Of a stretch of 33,902 nt of DNA, positions 30,146-33,902 are shown one piece after another. The stretch's first letter is position 1. Every line of letters starts with the position of its first letter. The translations under genes were made by a program, and so were the position numbers. Location: positions 1 through 33,902 of the forward strand of contig JBBRRY010000035.1 in assembly GCA_038245905.1 (NCBI GenBank), given 5' to 3'. The notes below the pieces were generated by a model. The model was not told the DNA's origin and did no database searches. It saw nothing but the letters and a program-made list of their open reading frames with translations. This stretch comes from Thermoanaerobaculia bacterium. Its GTDB lineage: Bacteria > Acidobacteriota > Thermoanaerobaculia > UBA5066.

Positions 30146-31702
30146 TCAGCTCTTGCCGGGTGATTTTGGCGCGTAGGGCACGGGCGCGACGGCGTCCGCG
30201 GTCCGGAAGTACGTGTCGACGCTGCCCGCAAGCGTGTCGGCAACCTGGCGGCGGAACTCGTCCGACCCGATCCGTACCTCCTCGTCCGGGTTCGTGATGA
30301 ACGCGACTTCGACGAGAACCGCCGGAGCGTTGACGCCGATGAGGACGCGGAACGGCGCCTGCTTCACGCCTCGCGTCGTGATGCCGAGCAGCCGGTTGAA
30401 GTCGGCCTGCACGATCTCCGCGAGCCGGGCCGACGCCGAGAGATGCTGGTTCTGCGCAAGGTCCCAGAGGATGAGATCGAGGTCGCGCACGGCCGCGTTC
30501 TTGTCGGCCGTGTTCGGCGTGGCGATGGGAGCCGCGTTTTCGCTCTCGGCGAGGAGCGCCGCGGCGCGGTCCGACGCGTCGAGGGAGAGGTAATACACCT
30601 CGGTTCCGTGCGCGGTCGAAGCTCGGGAGGCGTTGCAGTGGATCGAGAGGAAGACGTCGGCCTTCGCCGCGTTCGCGGCGGCGGCGCGGTCGTCGAGACC
30701 GACCGTCGCGTCCGAGGTCCGCGTCGCCACGACGCGGTAGCCGCGCCTCGCGAGGACCTCCTGAACCGTCTTCGCGAGCGCGAGCGTCGCGTCCTTCTCG
30801 AGAAGGCCGCCCGGACCCTTCGCCCCCTCCTCGACACCTCCGTGCCCCGGGTCGAGGACGACTGTTTTCACCTTCGAGGCGGGAGGCGGGCCGGGCGCGT
30901 GGGCGCCGGGGGCCACGGCCGCGGCACCCGCCGCTTTCGAGACATCCACGACGAGGCGCGGCGGCGCGCCGAGCGCATAGACGTTTGCGACGAGCCCTTT
31001 CTCGCGATAGACGATCGTCAGGTCGCCCCCGCGGACGAGGAGGCGCGCGACCCGCGGCGAGTCGAGGAGTCTCTCTGGAGACGGCGACGAGAGGCGCGCA
31101 TTCGGAACGTGCAGGACCACCTGCTCGGCCGTCGCCTCCACGGCATACGACGGCGTCTGCGAGAAGCGAAAGACGATTTTCGTCGTCTCGCCGAGGTCGG
31201 CCACGGAAAGTTCGACCGTGATCTCGGCGACCGCGGTCTTCCTGACGGACAGCGTGCGCGCCCCCCGGTCCCACGTCAGGGCGAGGCCCGCCATCGGACC
31301 CACGACCTTCTGGAAAAACTCCGGCTCCGCCCACGCGAGCGCCCCCTGGCCGCGCACCGGCGCGCCGAGCGATACGAGCTTCGTGTCGACGACGGCGAGC
31401 GCCGCGTCCACGCCGAAGACGGCCGACCGCCCCTTGAGCTTCACCTCGTAGGAGCGCGTCTTCTCGTCGTAAGTCATCGTCCCATCGAGCGCCGAGACGG
31501 CGTCGTTAACGGAGAGGAAAGTCCGGCCGTCCCGTTCTTCCGCGCGAAGCGTCGCCGCGGGCTTGTCGGGACGCGACAGGATCGCCGTCACGTCCTCGCC
31601 GCGTGCGGCAGCGGCCGTCGACAAGAGGAACATGGCCAGGCAGAGACGGGCCGCCGCCGAGGCAGCGATGAAGCAAAGCGAATCCGGAGTCCGACGTCTC
31701 AC
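30146..31702 (-). CDS. N-acetylmuramoyl-L-alanine amidase (Amidase_3, AmiC-like)
   Basis: VVLDPGHGG, EKDATL, FLSIHCNA, GTEVYY, PAVLVEVAFITN; AMIN-like PPRLVVD; start GTG 31702 (ATG 31633 is an alternative). Confidence 0.93.
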   Translation of the reverse strand: MRRRTPDSLCFIAASAAARLCLAMFLLSTAAAARGEDVTAILSRPDKPAATLRAEERDGRTFLSVNDAVSALDGTMTYDEKTRSYEVKLKGRSAVFGVDAALAVVDTKLVSLGAPVRGQGALAWAEPEFFQKVVGPMAGLALTWDRGARTLSVRKTAVAEITVELSVADLGETTKIVFRFSQTPSYAVEATAEQVVLHVPNARLSSPSPERLLDSPRVARLLVRGGDLTIVYREKGLVANVYALGAPPRLVVDVSKAAGAAAVAPGAHAPGPPPASKVKTVVLDPGHGGVEEGAKGPGGLLEKDATLALAKTVQEVLARRGYRVVATRTSDATVGLDDRAAAANAAKADVFLSIHCNASRASTAHGTEVYYLSLDASDRAAALLAESENAAPIATPNTADKNAAVRDLDLILWDLAQNQHLSASARLAEIVQADFNRLLGITTRGVKQAPFRVLIGVNAPAVLVEVAFITNPDEEVRIGSDEFRRQVADTLAGSVDTYFRTADAVAPVPYAPKSPGKS

Positions 31703-31748
31703 CCGCCGATTATGGCGGTCCACGCGGACCCCCGCGTTCCGGCCGCTC

Positions 31749-31757
31749 TGCTATTCT
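31749..31757 (+). promoter_or_regulatory. Extended -10 for tmRNA
   Basis: TG-C-TATTCT, 14 nt upstream of the mature 5' end. Confidence 0.55.
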
Positions 31758-31771
31758 TCCTGTTCACGATT

Positions 31772-32133
31772 GGGGGCGTCCCGGTTTCGACGGGGCATTC
31801 AGCGATCGAGGAGCACGCCGAGCACGGCCGTTCGCTCGTAAAAACGACGGTCAACAACTAGCTGCCAACACCAGCGACTACGCTCTCGCGGCCTAATTAG
31901 CCACGACGGGCGCCGGGGAGCCTGTCCGGGGCGCCTCGGCGTTTGACGCGAAATCCGGGCTGGGGTCGCCTCCGCCATCTGAAGAGGCGACCCGAGAGTG
32001 TCAGGTTCGCTGCCGCGCCCGGTTGTCCAGACCTGAATGCGCGGCGGCTAAAAAAAACAAGTCTGGACTGAGCGTGGAGAATCTCGACGTTCGGGCGCTT
32101 CGGACGGGGGTTCGACTCCCCCCGCCTCCACCA
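31772..32133 (+). ncRNA. ssrA: tmRNA, one-piece; tag peptide (A)ANTSDYALAA at 31864-31896
   Basis: 5' GGGGGCG pairs with 3' CGCCTCC-ACCA including the G3.U wobble; GGTTTCGAC; T-arm GGGGGTTCGACTCCCCC; tag ends YALAA-stop. Confidence 0.97.
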
Positions 32134-32232
32134 TTTTTCTCACCACTAGACTCCACGGGGCCCGATAAACCAAAGGTTTACGGGCCTCGGCGGGGTCATT
32201 GGATGTCGCCTATTCGGCCTAGTGTCGGGGAG

Positions 32233-32254
32233 AACCCGGACACAACCCGGACAC
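32233..32254 (+). repeat. Tandem 11-bp direct repeat AACCCGGACAC x2
   Basis: Exact duplication at 32233-32243 and 32244-32254; related inverted copy GTGTCGGGG at 32222-32230. Confidence 0.8.
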
Positions 32255-32275
32255 CAGGGGCGTGGGCCGGCCCGC

Positions 32276-32602
32276 TTACCGAGCGAGCCTGGACGCCAGC
32301 GCGAGGGCGGCCTCGGCTCCCTTTGCGGCCCGGAGTTTCTTGACCTGCGAGCGCTGGGCGGCTGAGAGGGACCTGATGGCGTTCATGTAGCGTCCCTGCA
32401 CCCGCATGGCCTCTCGACGCTTGGCGCTGATCGGGCTTCGCCCGCCTGAAGCCGGCCGCTTCGCACGACGTGGCGCTGAAGTAGGCTTTTTCGCCTCGGC
32501 CACGACCACGCCACCAAGGACTGCCAGCGGGGCAAGGACCGCCTTCAATTCGGCGAGATTTGCGGTCAAGTCGTCGAGGATCTCGAAAAGGTGGCGTGGC
32601 AA
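32276..32602 (-). CDS. Small basic hypothetical protein (108 aa)
   Basis: SD AGGAGG before TTG 32602; amphipathic N-terminal helix, Arg/Lys linker, C-terminal QGRYMNAIRSLSAAQRSQVKKLRAAKG. Confidence 0.7.
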   Translation of the reverse strand: MPRHLFEILDDLTANLAELKAVLAPLAVLGGVVVAEAKKPTSAPRRAKRPASGGRSPISAKRREAMRVQGRYMNAIRSLSAAQRSQVKKLRAAKGAEAALALASRLAR

Positions 32603-32660
32603 CTGAGTCTTCCTCCTGAAAGTGAATCGATGTGAAGGTCGGAACCATAACAGGAAGACC

Positions 32661-32841
32661 GCCCACAACCTCCGGCAAGCGATCGACCGGGGGACATCCG
32701 AGATCAGGCGGAGGCGGCGGCGATACTTGGGCTGACGCGGGCGCGGATCACGCAGCTCATCGACCTGACGTTCCTGACGCACGATCTGCAGGAATGTCCT
32801 CTTCTCTATAAAGGCGGTCGACGGAAGTCGAACCGTTGAGT
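32661..32841 (+). pseudogene. Frameshifted remnant of a mobile-element HTH protein
   Basis: Joining frames gives AHNLRQAIDRG / RDQAEAAAILGLTRARITQLIDLTFLTHDLQE / VLFSIKAVDG / VEPLS; no start codon. Confidence 0.55.
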
Positions 32842-32868
32842 TGGAACACCCCTCGTTTTGCGACGCAC

Positions 32869-33435
32869 TCACCGCTTCGGGCGCGTAGCCGCGAGGCGCT
32901 GAAGGGGCTTCCAATTCTCGAGGTAGCCCGAGAGGTCGCGCTCGCCTAGAACCATCGTACCTTCAGCAAGCTGGCGCCTCTGCTCGTGGAGGAGGCCACG
33001 GCCATCGAGGCACTTCTTGTTCTTCGTGATCCAGGGGTAGAAGTTGTAGCGCCTCGACTTTCCGTGGACGGCCACGAGCTTGCTCAAGAACACACGCGGC
33101 GGCACTACGATGAACTGCGGCCTCAATTTACGTTCGTTGGCTATCACGACAATGACCCAGAGATCCGCGGTCGACGCAGACAGCTTCTCGTGGTCGATCG
33201 TCAGCCACCCGCCAGCGACGAGGCTCCGGTCGAAATCCGAGGCCGCTTCCGATGGTCTGTAGTCCCTGGAGAGCTTCACTTGAAGGGAGAGGGATGCATC
33301 ACTTCGAGGGCCGGTGACCAGCAAGTCGACGCCGGTGTCCTTAGTGGGCACCCAGATGTTCAGAGACGGAAAGTTATGTTCGATGAATTCGCCGACGACG
33401 TATTCGCCGGCATGGATCGTGAAGAGCGGGCGCAT
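32869..33435 (-). CDS. PD-(D/E)XK restriction-endonuclease-like protein
   Basis: AGEYVV...KDTGVDLLV...SLQVKLS matches the E...D...QxK pattern. Confidence 0.65.
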   Translation of the reverse strand: MRPLFTIHAGEYVVGEFIEHNFPSLNIWVPTKDTGVDLLVTGPRSDASLSLQVKLSRDYRPSEAASDFDRSLVAGGWLTIDHEKLSASTADLWVIVVIANERKLRPQFIVVPPRVFLSKLVAVHGKSRRYNFYPWITKNKKCLDGRGLLHEQRRQLAEGTMVLGERDLSGYLENWKPLQRLAATRPKR

Positions 33436-33580
33436 TTGTCGCGTTGAAGAATATCAAGCTCAGCGAGCTAAGAGAACTAAACGCAGTAGACCCCGACGAG
33501 TAGTTCGCGCCGCGTTCTTGACTCGCGTCCACCCGGCTACACTGGGAAGGACCTGCCTTCGGGCGCAGGTCACTTTCGTG

Positions 33581-33799
33581 ATGTTGGCACTCTACTTCGA
33601 CACTAACGTCTTTGACGCTCTGTACCGCAGGGGCACCGAGTGCCGCGAGACGGAGGAGCTCGAACGGGCTATTAAAGAAGGAAGGCTTCGGGTTGCCATC
33701 TCGCTCGACGTGATCGACGAGACGGCAGAGACAGTGCTTTCAGATCCGGCGAGTGCCCTGGCGACCTGCTCCCCGAGAAGTGATCCACAGAGGGTGTGA
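33581..33799 (+). pseudogene. PIN-domain gene, truncated by the IS
   Basis: LYFDTNVF...AISLDVIDE (first two PIN acidic positions); the frame enters the IS end at about 33762 and stops at 33799. Confidence 0.6.
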
Positions 33800-33902
33800 G
33801 TTCTCCATAGACTTACGAAGGGAGAGTTCACATGAAGGGGAAACGGTCTACCGAGCAGCAGATCATCGGGGTTCTCAAGGAATCCGAGGCCGGGGCCGAG
33901 AC
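33762..33902 (+). mobile_element. IS3-family (IS407 group-like) insertion sequence, left end and partial orfA
   Basis: IR-like CGACCTGCTCCCCG; orfA from ATG 33832 reads MKGKRSTEQQIIGVLKESEAG, similar to the IS407-group MKKSRFTEEQIIGILKEAEAG pattern; runs off the window. Confidence 0.8.

Larger units (their letters stand above)
32134..33902. mobile_element. tmRNA-adjacent genomic island, left part, apparently decayed
   Basis: Visibly more AT-rich than the core, att-arm-like repeats, a pseudogene, nuclease-like cargo and an IS; no integrase inside the window. Confidence 0.65.

Noticed and set aside
32023-32343. 106-aa ORF across the tmRNA 3' end
   Set aside because: Lies on the structural RNA and att region, with no SD or protein-like features
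32603-32914. N-terminal extension of the 212-aa ORF 32276-32914
   Set aside because: The SD supports TTG 32602; the extension is the antisense of the HTH pseudogene and overlaps the nuclease gene
33314-33580. N-terminal extension of ORF 33314-33799
   Set aside because: It overlaps the opposite-strand nuclease gene; PIN similarity starts only at ATG 33581

Overview
High-GC bacterial chromosome segment. The VWA protein, the Ser/Thr kinase with a TolB-like propeller and the amidase-GerMN-murI-rph arrangement suggest Acidobacteriota, possibly Thermoanaerobaculia (inference only). Most of the window is housekeeping: pcrA/uvrD, glmS, glmU, a Nudix hydrolase, an exported msrA, two SDRs, an M20 amidohydrolase, dusB, a GDPD, tRNA-Pro(UGG), rph, murI, an N-acetylmuramoyl-L-alanine amidase and tmRNA (tag ANTSDYALAA). 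After tmRNA begins a decayed integrative island with att-arm-like repeats, a small basic protein, a frameshifted HTH remnant, an orphan PD-(D/E)XK-like gene and a PIN gene cut by an IS3-family element that runs off the window end. The most notable observations are: (1) an unannotated 20-aa Lys-rich micro-ORF with a perfect SD, a hairpin over its ribosome-binding region and its own terminator; (2) a leaderless PadR gene with an operator-like palindrome, coupled to a 566-aa protein with a divergent GNAT-like domain; (3) a Myb/SANT-like HTH-TPR gene heading the glmU-glmS operon; (4) a secreted tail-fibre/Peptidase-S74 protein lying between murI and rph; (5) -10-like hexamers 6-8 nt before about ten start codons, suggesting widespread leaderless mRNAs. 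Family assignments come from motif recognition by eye, not from database searches.
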